Below are positions 17,242 through 26,319 of a DNA stretch of 59,890 bases, piece by piece. This DNA comes from Thermoproteus sp. (GTDB lineage Archaea; Thermoproteota; Thermoprotei; Thermoproteales; Thermoproteaceae). The notes under the pieces were generated by a model that worked only from the letters and a program-made list of their open reading frames with translations, was not told the DNA's origin and searched no databases. Location of the stretch: the NCBI GenBank assembly GCA_049976425.1, contig JBMFIG010000007.1:1-59890 (forward strand), written 5' to 3'. Numbering within the stretch: position 1 is the stretch's first letter; each line of letters opens with the position of its first letter. Made by a program: the position numbers and the translations under genes.

Positions 17242-18644
17242 AGCTCCTTGCACATATAGGGCCCACACCTCTTATATCCCAGCTTCGCGAAGTAGGGCCT
17301 CGCCCCGATCCCCGATATCACGACCACGCGCCTCGCCGCCTCGGCGGCCGCCGCCTCCTCGGCCAACGCCATCAACCTTCTGCCTATACCTTTATGTTGG
17401 GGCCAAGGCCCTCCGTCGGCTCCCACAGGGACCTCGGGGCCGTAGACGTGTAGCTCCCTAACCAGGGCCGTCCGGCGATCGATCTCGGGCCTCCAGGGAT
17501 TGGCGGGCATGCGGAGCCTCAATATTCCGTAGAGGGTTTCGTCGCGGCCCACCGCCTCGAAGAAGTACTCCAGGCCTCCGCTGGCCTCGTAAACGTGCCG
17601 TCTATATTCTATATTTCCGTCGGCGGGCTTGCCGTGGACCGCCTTGATGCCCGCCTCCCTGCACCTGATCTCGCTACACCGGAGGCCGCGCCGCTCCATC
17701 TCCTCCTCGACCACCTCCCTCATGTTGCCCCAACGCGGGCCGTCCACGACGTGGTGTAGAGGTATGTCTCTGCCCAGCCTCATGACCCTCACCCAGCGCG
17801 GCACAGATGAGTATATCTCTGCCAGCAACCAACGCCAAGTCTCCTCGTCGTAAGACCTGTAACGGCCCGACCTCCACCAGTCGTAGAGCTCAGTGCCGGG
17901 GACCACCAGGGTCGGGTATATCTTCACGCAGTCGGGCTTGAATGCAGGGTCCTCGAACACCGTCCGGAACATCTCGAGATCCCTATCCGGATCGCTCCCC
18001 GGCAAGCCCGGCATTAGGTGGTAGCAGACCTTGTAGGCCGCGTCCTTCAGCCTAGCCGTCGCCTCGACAACCTCCTTCACGCCGTGCCCCCGCCTAACCA
18101 ACGAGAGCACGTCGTCGTATATGGACTGGACCCCTATCTCGACTCTCGTGACGCCCATCTCCAGGAGGTCGTCTATCTGCCCCCTCTCCAGATAGTCCGG
18201 CCTCGTCTCCACGGTCAACGCCACCAGCCTCAGCGCCGCCGTCTCGTTCCTCGCCTGCTCCGCCTCCACGTCGACTACGGCCGAGGCCGAGGACCAATTG
18301 GGGTAGTCGTTCAGCGCCTTGAGGAGATTGCCCACGAACCAGTACTGGTAGCTACGGGGCAACGCCGTGAAGGTGCCCCCCATAACTATCGCCTCGATCT
18401 TGCTGGGCTTGTGGCCTCCCGTCAGGTAGTTGGATATCCTGGCCACAACCTGTCTGTAGGGATCGTAGCGGGACCTAGAAGCCCTCATGACGGCCGGGGA
18501 GTCCGGCATATAGGACTTGGGGACCCCTCTGGCGGTCGGGCAGAAGACGCACTGCCCGGGGCACGGCGCAGGCCCAGTCATCAAGGCCACCACGTGTACG
18601 CCGCTGGCCGCCCTGACGGGCTTCCTCACCGCGGGGAGCTCCAC
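17238..18644 (-). CDS. elp3: Elp3 tRNA uridine(34) acetyltransferase (radical SAM plus GNAT)
   Basis: KPVR..SGV, CPGQCVFCP, MGGTF, ETRPD, KIYPT, IRCRE, RELHVYG and QHKGIG motifs. Confidence 0.95.
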   Translation of the reverse strand: MELPAVRKPVRAASGVHVVALMTGPAPCPGQCVFCPTARGVPKSYMPDSPAVMRASRSRYDPYRQVVARISNYLTGGHKPSKIEAIVMGGTFTALPRSYQYWFVGNLLKALNDYPNWSSASAVVDVEAEQARNETAALRLVALTVETRPDYLERGQIDDLLEMGVTRVEIGVQSIYDDVLSLVRRGHGVKEVVEATARLKDAAYKVCYHLMPGLPGSDPDRDLEMFRTVFEDPAFKPDCVKIYPTLVVPGTELYDWWRSGRYRSYDEETWRWLLAEIYSSVPRWVRVMRLGRDIPLHHVVDGPRWGNMREVVEEEMERRGLRCSEIRCREAGIKAVHGKPADGNIEYRRHVYEASGGLEYFFEAVGRDETLYGILRLRMPANPWRPEIDRRTALVRELHVYGPEVPVGADGGPWPQHKGIGRRLMALAEEAAAAEAARRVVVISGIGARPYFAKLGYKRCGPYMCKEL

Positions 18645-19243
18645 GTAGATCCGCCAGTATTAATTTTTCGCCTCAAGGCAACCACGAAGGCGTTTAGGCG
18701 TCTGCCCCTCCGCATATAGCCCGCGCCAGCGAGCTCGCCGCCTGCCGCAAAGACGGCCCCGGCCAAGTCGCGGATGTCGTAGGCGTAGTAGACCCGGAGC
18801 GCCTCGCCGCGCCACCGCCACGGCACCAGCTTTGCTACCCCGCCGCTCCCCGGCAGATCCCACACGGTGGCCACCACGGCGTCTCCGACCCTTAAAGCCT
18901 CGGCGAAAGCCCTTCCGAGCACTCCCGGCGGCAGGTGGTGGTATACAGCAACTGCGTGGACCACGTCGAACGCCCCGTCTCTGAAAGGCAACGCCGTCGC
19001 TTCGCAGAGCACAGCCTCGGATCCCCTCGGCACGAGCTCCGGCGCGAGGTCGCAGTGGACCACATATCTATATGCGGCCTCTAGGTAGGCGGACTGGGCC
19101 CCGCGGCCCGAGCCCAGATCGAGCGCCCTATCGCCGAAGTCGGCTATGTCGGCTGTTGGGAGAGGCCGCCTTCTAGAGGCCTCGTAGGCCTCGGCGATGG
19201 CCCTATAGGCATCCCTGGCGGCAAGGGCCCAGTCCACATCCAA
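18626..19243 (-). CDS. Class I SAM methyltransferase, Trm9/ALKBH8-like
   Basis: LDLGSGRG motif I, LPFRDGAFD and AVYHHL. The YRAIAEAY..SR..P, TVW and VPW..R.YY segments resemble Trm9 as recalled from the family; not aligned. Confidence 0.75.
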   Translation of the reverse strand: MDVDWALAARDAYRAIAEAYEASRRRPLPTADIADFGDRALDLGSGRGAQSAYLEAAYRYVVHCDLAPELVPRGSEAVLCEATALPFRDGAFDVVHAVAVYHHLPPGVLGRAFAEALRVGDAVVATVWDLPGSGGVAKLVPWRWRGEALRVYYAYDIRDLAGAVFAAGGELAGAGYMRRGRRLNAFVVALRRKINTGGSTWSSPR

Positions 19244-19437
19244 TACGACAAAAGTCCAAAAATATTTTACACCTAACCTAATCCAGCCTTAGATCTGTCC
19301 AATACTAACTAGTTAATTATATAAATTATATATAAATAAATACGATATATAAAGGTATACAATAGCTTACAGTGGAAAATATTTATATTATTTATACTGT
19401 TGGTCTACGGCCCAAACAGAACTCAACGATGCGATAA

Positions 19438-19569
19438 AGGTTTGCGGCCTACGCGTATCCCAGAGAAATCGAGCTCGTGGATCAGTTGCCTAGGACAGAG
19501 ACAAGCAAGCTCAAGCGCTACGAGCTTAGGCGCAGGGAGATGGAAAGAGGGAATGTACAGGGCGGTTGA
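19438..19569 (+). pseudogene. C-terminal remnant of an acyl-CoA synthetase (AMP-binding_C)
   Basis: Manual translation RFAAYAYPREIELVDQLPRTETSKLKRYELRRREMERGNVQGG*. It is preceded by an in-frame TAA with no start codon and overlaps the CoA-transferase start. Confidence 0.75.
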
Positions 19570-20659
19570 GCTCGGCCACGTAATAGCGGGCCCCTACGCC
19601 GGCCTCCTCTTGGCCCAGCTCGGCTTCGACGTAGTTAAGGTGGAGCCCGTGGGGGGCGATCCCACGAGGCGGGACGACGTCATGGGCGACTCCATATTCG
19701 TGTTCCTCAACAGAGGCAAGAGGTCGGTGGCCTTGGATCTGAAAAGGCCAGAGGGGAGGGAGATATTCTTGAAGCTCGTCGAGAGGAGCGATGTGCTTGT
19801 GGAGAACCTGGCGCCGGGCGCCCTCGAGAGGCTGGGGCTCGGCAGGGACGTCCTGTTCGGGACCAACAAGAACTTGGTCTACTGCTCCATAAAGGGCTAC
19901 CCATCCGGAAGCGCCAAGAGCAGTTGGCCTGCCTTCGGCACGCTGGTTGAGGCCGTGAGCGGCGTCATGTGGAGCAACGGCGGGGCGAGGCTACCGGCGT
20001 CCATAACCGACATGGGGGCCGGGCTCTACTGCGCCTTGACGGTCCTCTGGGCCCTGCTCCAGAGGAGGCCCGGCTACTACGAGGTGAGTCTCTTCCAGAG
20101 CGATTTGGTGTGGCTGGGGTATTACATAATCGCCCTCCAGACCCTCGGCAAGGTCTTCGAGGCGTCGGGCGACAGACTGCCCTTCTGGGCGCCCTACGAG
20201 CTTTTCGAGACAGCCGACGGCGAGATATACATAGCCGTCGCGAACGACGCCATATGGGCCAGGCTGTGTAGAGCCTTGAGGATAGAGGCGTGCTCCGACC
20301 CCAGGTTCTCCACAAACGCCGGGAGGGTACAACACAGGGAGGAGCTCCATAAGATCCTCGAGGCTGAGACGTCAAGGTATAGGACAGACGAGCTTTTGAG
20401 GTTGTTGTTGGAGCACGACGTGCCCGCCGCGCCGATGCTCGACATAAGAGCCGCCGCGGCCGACGAAGACGCGTCTTGGGACACTACCAGCGCGGGCGGG
20501 AGGGACGGCGTCCGCGTGCCGAGGTTGCCCCTCCCCGGCTCGCTCCACGGCGTGAGGGCCCCCAACATCGGCGAGCACACCCGCGAGGTGCTCAGGGAAT
20601 TGGGCTACGGCGACTCGGAGATAGAACTGTTAATTGGGCGAGGCGTCGTTAGGGCGTGA
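19553..20659 (+). CDS. CoA-transferase family III (CaiB/BaiF)
   Basis: IAGPYAG..LA.LG.DVVKVE, NRGKRSVALDLK, DVLVEN, SITDMGAG and GEHT motifs. Start set at ATG 19553. Confidence 0.92.
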   Translation: MYRAVELGHVIAGPYAGLLLAQLGFDVVKVEPVGGDPTRRDDVMGDSIFVFLNRGKRSVALDLKRPEGREIFLKLVERSDVLVENLAPGALERLGLGRDVLFGTNKNLVYCSIKGYPSGSAKSSWPAFGTLVEAVSGVMWSNGGARLPASITDMGAGLYCALTVLWALLQRRPGYYEVSLFQSDLVWLGYYIIALQTLGKVFEASGDRLPFWAPYELFETADGEIYIAVANDAIWARLCRALRIEACSDPRFSTNAGRVQHREELHKILEAETSRYRTDELLRLLLEHDVPAAPMLDIRAAAADEDASWDTTSAGGRDGVRVPRLPLPGSLHGVRAPNIGEHTREVLRELGYGDSEIELLIGRGVVRA

Positions 20660-21483
20660 TCCGTAGATCCCAGCTCTACGTGCCGGGCAACAACGAGAGG
20701 ATGATAAGGAAGGCCGCGGCTGAGTTGAGGCCGGACTCGGTGATATTGGACCTAGAGGACTCCGTGCCGCCCGAGGAGAAGGGCAAGGCCAGGGAGATCT
20801 TGTCGAGGCTCGTGCCCGAGCTGGACTGGAGCGGCAAGGAGCTGTGCGTCAGGGTCAACCCGTTGGACACCCCCTATTTCTACGCCGACATGGATCTGGT
20901 CTCGCGGCTCGACAAGGTGGAGTGCGTGGTGGTCCCCAAGGCGGAGGCCCCTCTGGACTTCATCTACAGGGGCACTGGCAGGAGGGTGGAGCCCATGATC
21001 GAGACCGCGAGGGGCTTGTTGAGGATAGAGGACATAGTCAGAAGCGAGGGCGTGGCGGCGGTGTCCTACGGCGTGGCGGACTTCGCCCTCTCCGTAGGCG
21101 GCGACTATAAGGCCTACGTGGGGAACCAGACCATAAAGACCTTGGTCGTGGCCACGGCGGCGGCCTACGGGGCGGATCCCATAGATAGGGTTTTCTTCGA
21201 CTTAAAGGACGCCGAGGGCTTCAGACGCGAGTGCCTCGAGGCTAAGGCGTTGGGGTTCGTGGGCAAACAAGTGATACATCCAAGCCAGATACCTATAGCC
21301 AACGAGGTGTTCGCCCCCTCAGCCGAGGAGATCGCTTGGGCCGAAAGGGTCGTCTCGGCATACGAGGAGGCGTTGAGGCAGGGGCGCGGTGCCGTTAGGC
21401 TCGACGACGCCATGATAGACAATGTACACTACAAGCTGGCCAGGCGCATCTTGGAGAAGGCGAAGGAGGCTCAGCGCCGGTAG
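20656..21483 (+). CDS. CitE-like (citryl-/malyl-/citramalyl-CoA) lyase
   Basis: RSQLYVPG, DLEDSV, VRVN, IETARG and GFVGKQVIHPSQ motifs. Confidence 0.9.
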   Translation: MIRRSQLYVPGNNERMIRKAAAELRPDSVILDLEDSVPPEEKGKAREILSRLVPELDWSGKELCVRVNPLDTPYFYADMDLVSRLDKVECVVVPKAEAPLDFIYRGTGRRVEPMIETARGLLRIEDIVRSEGVAAVSYGVADFALSVGGDYKAYVGNQTIKTLVVATAAAYGADPIDRVFFDLKDAEGFRRECLEAKALGFVGKQVIHPSQIPIANEVFAPSAEEIAWAERVVSAYEEALRQGRGAVRLDDAMIDNVHYKLARRILEKAKEAQRR

Positions 21484-21520
21484 TGGCCCCTCACCGCTCG
21501 GGACATCCCGCATTCATCAC
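21471..21520 (-). ncRNA. C/D box guide sRNA, antisense to the 3' end of the lyase gene
   Basis: GTGATGA-atgcgggatgtc-CCGA-gcg-GTGAGGG-gccactaccggcg-CTGA: all four boxes with about 12-nt guides. Confidence 0.8.
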
Positions 21521-21559
21521 AGGCACGCGTTGTTTTTATTTTAAGAGGTTTTATGCCCC

Positions 21560-21610
21560 GTGATGAGTCAAGGGCGCTTCCGCGCGGTGAGGACTACGGC
21601 GAAGTGCTGA
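21560..21610 (+). ncRNA. C/D box guide sRNA
   Basis: GTGATGA-gtcaagggcgctt-CCGC-gcg-GTGAGGA-ctacggcgaagtg-CTGA, with an AT-rich TTTTTATTTTAA upstream. Confidence 0.8.
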
Positions 21611-21672
21611 TATAAAACATAGAAAATATCTATTCTATTATTCTGATTTTTATATTAGACAAGTAAGTTTTC

Positions 21673-21882
21673 GTGGATTTCTGGCTTCTACGCCTCCGCG
21701 GCGGCGAGACGTCGAGAGGAAAACCGCCCTTCAGAGTCCCCAGACTTAGATGCGCCAAGTGCGGCGCCGAGATGGCTTGGGAGGAGGCCAGCTATATAAG
21801 GATATCGGATGGGAGGGTCGTGGCGTATTGCCGGGCCTGCCTCTCCGAGGATCTAAAGGCCGTCGGGCTGAAGATCGTCTAG
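21673..21882 (+). CDS. Small Zn-finger protein (CxxC...CxxC)
   Basis: CAKC and YCRAC motifs, TTTTATA box upstream. Confidence 0.7.
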   Translation: MDFWLLRLRGGETSRGKPPFRVPRLRCAKCGAEMAWEEASYIRISDGRVVAYCRACLSEDLKAVGLKIV

Positions 21883-21926
21883 TCAGATTTGCCGTTCCTA
21901 TCACCTGTCAGCATCTCCGACCTACA

Positions 21927-22415
21927 TCACCCTCTGGTACGTCCTAGGGACAATATTAGGATTACTGCGAGGGAGACCGCGGAGAGCGCCACAGCCGCAG
22001 CTGGCGGTAGCCGCGGAAGCGCCATAAGCGCGAAGTACAGGAGATAGGACACGCCGAGGGCCGCGGCAGACCAAAGAACCACGGTCAAGCCGGCTCTGGA
22101 TAGCGCCGCCTCTACCCCAGCCGAGCCGTACCCCCTCATGGCCAGCCTCCTCCGCAACTCGTCCAGCCTATATGCGTAGAGCGACAGAAACGCCGCCAGC
22201 TCGGCCAAAGGCGCCAGGAGGGGCCGGGACGACAGAGCGAGGAGCGCGAAGGCTATCACGTAGACGGCCGCCGACAGGAGGCCGTTGCGGCGCAAGGCCG
22301 CGAGCCCGACCGCCGAGATGGCGGAGGCCAGCAACGGAAGCGGGCGGAGTCCGGGAAGGCTTGCCAGAAGGAGGGCAACCGCCGTCGCCGCTAGGTACGC
22401 CGTTATGTATCTCAT
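21927..22415 (-). CDS. Hypothetical membrane protein (last gene of the MoxR operon)
   Basis: Multiple hydrophobic helices, 4-nt overlap with the DUF58 gene. Confidence 0.75.
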   Translation of the reverse strand: MRYITAYLAATAVALLLASLPGLRPLPLLASAISAVGLAALRRNGLLSAAVYVIAFALLALSSRPLLAPLAELAAFLSLYAYRLDELRRRLAMRGYGSAGVEAALSRAGLTVVLWSAAALGVSYLLYFALMALPRLPPAAAVALSAVSLAVILILSLGRTRG

Positions 22416-23542
22416 AGACGGGCGAGCACGCGCGTCGGCGGCTCCAGCGGCGGGGACCAGACGATCTTGTCGGCGCAGAGCACCCTCTCCCTTCTATTTG
22501 CGAAGAGCCTTGCGATCTCGGCAAATGTGCCTCTCGCAGGCGCGACCTCGACGGCGAGGACCTTCCTGGCGTTGAGGCACAGCCTCTCGATATACTCGGC
22601 CTGGGGCCTGCAAGAGATGTAGACGTAGGTATCTGCCCTAGGCGGGGCCGGGCTGTATCTGGGCGGCTTTAGGTCCAGCCTCATCAAGGCCTCGCGGATC
22701 AGCTTGAGCCCGGCCGGCGAGTCCGTCGGCGGTAGCAACACGCCGCTGGGAATCACGAAGAGGCCCACGGGGAGCCTGGCCTCGACGGCCGCGTACGCCA
22801 AGCTCAGCGCTATGGACGCGCCGTGGCCTACGGCGTCTGCCCTACAGCTCGAGCTGGCGTCGAGCACCACGTAGAGCGTGCTGTGCCCCTCCCTCAGCTT
22901 CTCGTTGACGTACAGCGAACCCGTCCTGGCGTAGGCCTTCCAGTTTATCAACTTATAGGGATCCCCAGGCCTGTACTCCCGCACCTCCAGGAACTCCGTG
23001 GAGTGCGGGCCGGCGAGCGGGCCCGGCGCACGCGGCATCCCGAGGCTAGCCGCGACGGCTCTCAGACTCGCTTTGGCGAGGTACGGCCTCACCTCCACCT
23101 CGCCCGCCGGGGTCTGTCCCCTAACTGGACGCGACAGCGTCAACGGGTAGAACGCCCAGTCCACGCCCGACACGGGATAGCGGCCCGGCAATCCCGCAAT
23201 CGCGCTGGCAGTTGCCGAAGACGTGCGGAATAAGTACAGCGCCCCTGCCGGAGGCTCGGTCGCCACCAGCCTCCTGTCGTCGAGCGCCGAGTAGAGGAGC
23301 ACGCCGGGGACGTCTGACGCCGCCTCTATCCTCAAGGAAACTTGATCCTCTACTTTCAGCTCCTTTTTCTCGATCTGTGCGGAGACCTCCACCTGCCACC
23401 TCCTCGCATATACGAGGTAGAAGAGGGCCAACAAGGCTATGGGGAATATCACGGCCGGGAGGAGCTCCAGCTTGCGCGTAAATACGGCGAGGACCAGGGC
23501 AGGTATCTCGAGCGCTATGGCGTAGCGGGCTATTGTCTCCAT
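22412..23542 (-). CDS. DUF58-family (vWA-like) protein
   Basis: EFLEVREYRPGDPYKLINWKAYAR and VVLDAS motifs, N-terminal TM helices. Confidence 0.88.
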   Translation of the reverse strand: METIARYAIALEIPALVLAVFTRKLELLPAVIFPIALLALFYLVYARRWQVEVSAQIEKKELKVEDQVSLRIEAASDVPGVLLYSALDDRRLVATEPPAGALYLFRTSSATASAIAGLPGRYPVSGVDWAFYPLTLSRPVRGQTPAGEVEVRPYLAKASLRAVAASLGMPRAPGPLAGPHSTEFLEVREYRPGDPYKLINWKAYARTGSLYVNEKLREGHSTLYVVLDASSSCRADAVGHGASIALSLAYAAVEARLPVGLFVIPSGVLLPPTDSPAGLKLIREALMRLDLKPPRYSPAPPRADTYVYISCRPQAEYIERLCLNARKVLAVEVAPARGTFAEIARLFANRRERVLCADKIVWSPPLEPPTRVLARL

Positions 23543-24456
23543 CTCGGCACCGGTATCTTGGACAGATACTCGCGCACCACGGCCCGCGTATCGACGCCCT
23601 CGAGCTTGTACTCAGGCTTGAGGTATATCCTGTGGGCCAACACGTCGACGGCCAGCGCCTTCACGTCGTCGGGCACCACGTACTTCCTGCCTTGGATGAG
23701 AGCGTAGGCTCTCGCCGCCTTTAGGAGAGACGCCAGAGCCCTCGGCGAGGGGCCCGCCGCGACTCTCTTGTCGTTTCTTATCGCGGCGAATTGGGCTATG
23801 TAGTCCAGCAACTCGTCCACGACCTCCACGTCCTCCACAGACGACATGGCGGCCAGGACCGACTCCTTGTTGAGGACCGTGCGGGCCAGCGACGCGGGGT
23901 CGTCCGACCGCCACGCCAGCCTCTCCTTGAGGAGCTTCTTGTCGTCCGGATAACCCAGAGAGAGGCGTATCATGAACCTGTCGAGCTGGGCCTCGGGCAG
24001 AGGGTACGTGCCCTCGAGCTCTATCGGGTTCTGGGTTGCCAGAACCAGGAAGGGTCTGTCCAGCTGGTAGGTCTCCCCCTCTATGGTCACCTGGAGCTCC
24101 TGCATCGCCTCGAGCAAGGCGGCCTGCGTCTTCGGCGGCGCTCTGTTTATCTCGTCGGCGAGGAGGACGTTGGTGAAGATGGGGCCTTTTATAGTCTCGA
24201 ACTCGTCCCGCTCCCTACGCCACACCTTAGTCCCTATAATGTCGCTGGGGAGGAGGTCGGGGGTGAACTGGATCCTTCTGTAGGAGAGGCCCAGCACCTT
24301 GCTGAAGAGCTTCGCCAGGAGCGTCTTCCCCACGCCCGGGACGTCCTCTATGAGGACGTGGCCGCCGGCCACGAGCGCCGCCATTATCTTCTCCACGACG
24401 GATCTATCACCCACGTAGTACCGCGAGATCTCGTCTATGGCCTCCCTCAAGCTCAT
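23530..24456 (-). CDS. moxR: MoxR-family AAA+ ATPase
   Basis: GHVLIEDVPGVGKT, RIQFTPDLLPSD, LADEINRAPPKTQ and ATQNPIE.EGTYPLPEAQLDRF motifs. Confidence 0.95.
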   Translation of the reverse strand: MSLREAIDEISRYYVGDRSVVEKIMAALVAGGHVLIEDVPGVGKTLLAKLFSKVLGLSYRRIQFTPDLLPSDIIGTKVWRRERDEFETIKGPIFTNVLLADEINRAPPKTQAALLEAMQELQVTIEGETYQLDRPFLVLATQNPIELEGTYPLPEAQLDRFMIRLSLGYPDDKKLLKERLAWRSDDPASLARTVLNKESVLAAMSSVEDVEVVDELLDYIAQFAAIRNDKRVAAGPSPRALASLLKAARAYALIQGRKYVVPDDVKALAVDVLAHRIYLKPEYKLEGVDTRAVVREYLSKIPVPRWRQ

Positions 24457-25289
24457 GGCGTCCCCAGTCTGGACAACGCCGCCTCCAGCGCCCTCTTCCT
24501 GCCCTTCTTCCCCTTCGCTCCTTTGAGCGCAAGGGCCTCGTTCACGGCCGCCTCAACGGGCAGTCCGGCCAAGGCGTAGGCGTAGGATATTATCGCTATG
24601 ATGGCCTCTGCCTTGCCCCTCTCCACGTACTCCTCGGCGGCTTCCCTAAACCGCCTGTCGTCTGCCGCAATCGATATACTGGACGGCGTCGGTATATATT
24701 CCTCCCCCTCCTCCTTCCCCGCTACTAAAGCCACTGCGGGCACGCCAATCAACGCGATGTATATTATATCGTTTGAGGCCTCCTCGGACAGAGGCGACAC
24801 GAGGAACGCGACGGCCAGCATGAGGCCGGCCGCGGTTAGAGAGAGCCCCGCCAACCTCGCCGAGCCGCCGATCCGCCTCAGAGGGCTCCCCACGGCCAGA
24901 AGCAGGGCGGGGATCCAGAGAGCCCTCGCCCAGCCGGGGAGGAAGGGGGCCGTTAGGAAGACCAGAACGGCGGCGAAGTAGAGCGCCCGCGAGGCGGCGA
25001 GGAGATAGAGAGATCTACTGGCCTCCGAGGATCTCGCCAGGTAGTAGCCAGCGGCGAGGAGAGGGAGAGGCTCCACGGCCCACGCCGCGCCTACGACAAA
25101 GAGGTTCACGAACCCCCTGACTGCGAAATACGCCGCCGCGGCCGCGGGGACGACGGCCTTGATTCCGCCGAGAGCCCTCGCGGCTATCGCCAGGGAGAGC
25201 GAGAGAGCCAGCTCCGCCAGAGGCAACGGCAACAACAACGCGAGTAGCGCAATGGCCGCGGAGGCGGCGTAGCTATATACGGGCTTCAT
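24453..25289 (-). CDS. Hypothetical multi-pass membrane protein
   Basis: Many TM segments, overlaps both neighbours. Confidence 0.75.
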   Translation of the reverse strand: MKPVYSYAASAAIALLALLLPLPLAELALSLSLAIAARALGGIKAVVPAAAAAYFAVRGFVNLFVVGAAWAVEPLPLLAAGYYLARSSEASRSLYLLAASRALYFAAVLVFLTAPFLPGWARALWIPALLLAVGSPLRRIGGSARLAGLSLTAAGLMLAVAFLVSPLSEEASNDIIYIALIGVPAVALVAGKEEGEEYIPTPSSISIAADDRRFREAAEEYVERGKAEAIIAIISYAYALAGLPVEAAVNEALALKGAKGKKGRKRALEAALSRLGTP

Positions 25290-26319
25290 GGCCTCTAAGC
25301 CATCTGTAGAACTTGGCGAAGTCGTCGTAGTCCAGAGGCAGATCGCTGTACGCCGCCTTCTCGAAGATCTCTACAATGTCCGGAGGGGCGCCCAACTGGG
25401 CCATTATCTCCCTCGCAGTCATCCAGCCCGGAGCGGACTTGAATGTCTCGTGGAAGGAGTTGGCTATCTCCCTATGGAGGTCGGAGAACTTGACCGACAG
25501 GGCCTCCTCCTCGCCGCCCCGCCTGGCGACCACGCGCTCCAGACAGGGCTTGTCTGAGGAGAGCACCAAGGCGCCTGTGGAGGACGCCGCGGCGCATCCC
25601 GAGGCCGCGATGTCGACGTCCTCGTAGGCGGGCTCCACCACCAGAGGCCTTCCAAGAGGCCATACGGGAGGCACGTCGTCGGCGAGAGGCCATCTGACTA
25701 GCCGGGGCTTGACCAGCGGAGGCAGATCCGCCGAGACTTCCGGAGGGCCGGCCGGTCTGAGCGCCTCGGCGATCTTAGTAGGCTCTAGAGACTCCGCCGG
25801 TTGCGCCCGGCCGTCCGCCTCGGCGCCGGCGGCGCCCGCGGTCTGCCTCCGCCGCGCTCCGGCCAACAAAGCTACGACCGCAAGGACGGCGATCAGCGCC
25901 AGCACCAGAGGAATGGGCACGTTGATGACGGCGGGCGCGTTGCCCGTGCCCGAGGACGCCCCTCCGCCCCCTCCGCCTATGGGCGGGGTAGTCGACGTGG
26001 GAGGGATGCCCGTCGCCGGGGTGCTGTTGACGAGCGGAGGCAACGGCATCAGGCGTAGTAGGTGCGCGAGGAGTAGCGATATCTGGTACGCAAGCCACGC
26101 CAATACGGCAAAGAGGAGGTATATGAAGGCCAATAGGTAGTCCAGCAGAGGGCTGGAGATGTGCAGGCTCAAGGCCTTCACCGGCGATATGAACATCGGC
26201 ATGCCCGAGCTAAGAGGCAACGCGCCCAGGCCGCCCCTGACGGCGAGGGCGGGCGAGAGAAGCGAGTAGACGGAGTAGGCGAAGAGAACCGCAAGCGCGA
26301 ACACGACGTACCTCCTCAC
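25273..26319 (-). CDS. Membrane protein with a low-complexity linker and a DUF4129-like C-terminus
   Basis: TM helices, P/T/G-rich linker, 'TAREI...IFEKAAYS' C-terminal pattern. Confidence 0.7.
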   Translation of the reverse strand: MRRYVVFALAVLFAYSVYSLLSPALAVRGGLGALPLSSGMPMFISPVKALSLHISSPLLDYLLAFIYLLFAVLAWLAYQISLLLAHLLRLMPLPPLVNSTPATGIPPTSTTPPIGGGGGGASSGTGNAPAVINVPIPLVLALIAVLAVVALLAGARRRQTAGAAGAEADGRAQPAESLEPTKIAEALRPAGPPEVSADLPPLVKPRLVRWPLADDVPPVWPLGRPLVVEPAYEDVDIAASGCAAASSTGALVLSSDKPCLERVVARRGGEEEALSVKFSDLHREIANSFHETFKSAPGWMTAREIMAQLGAPPDIVEIFEKAAYSDLPLDYDDFAKFYRWLRGHEARI

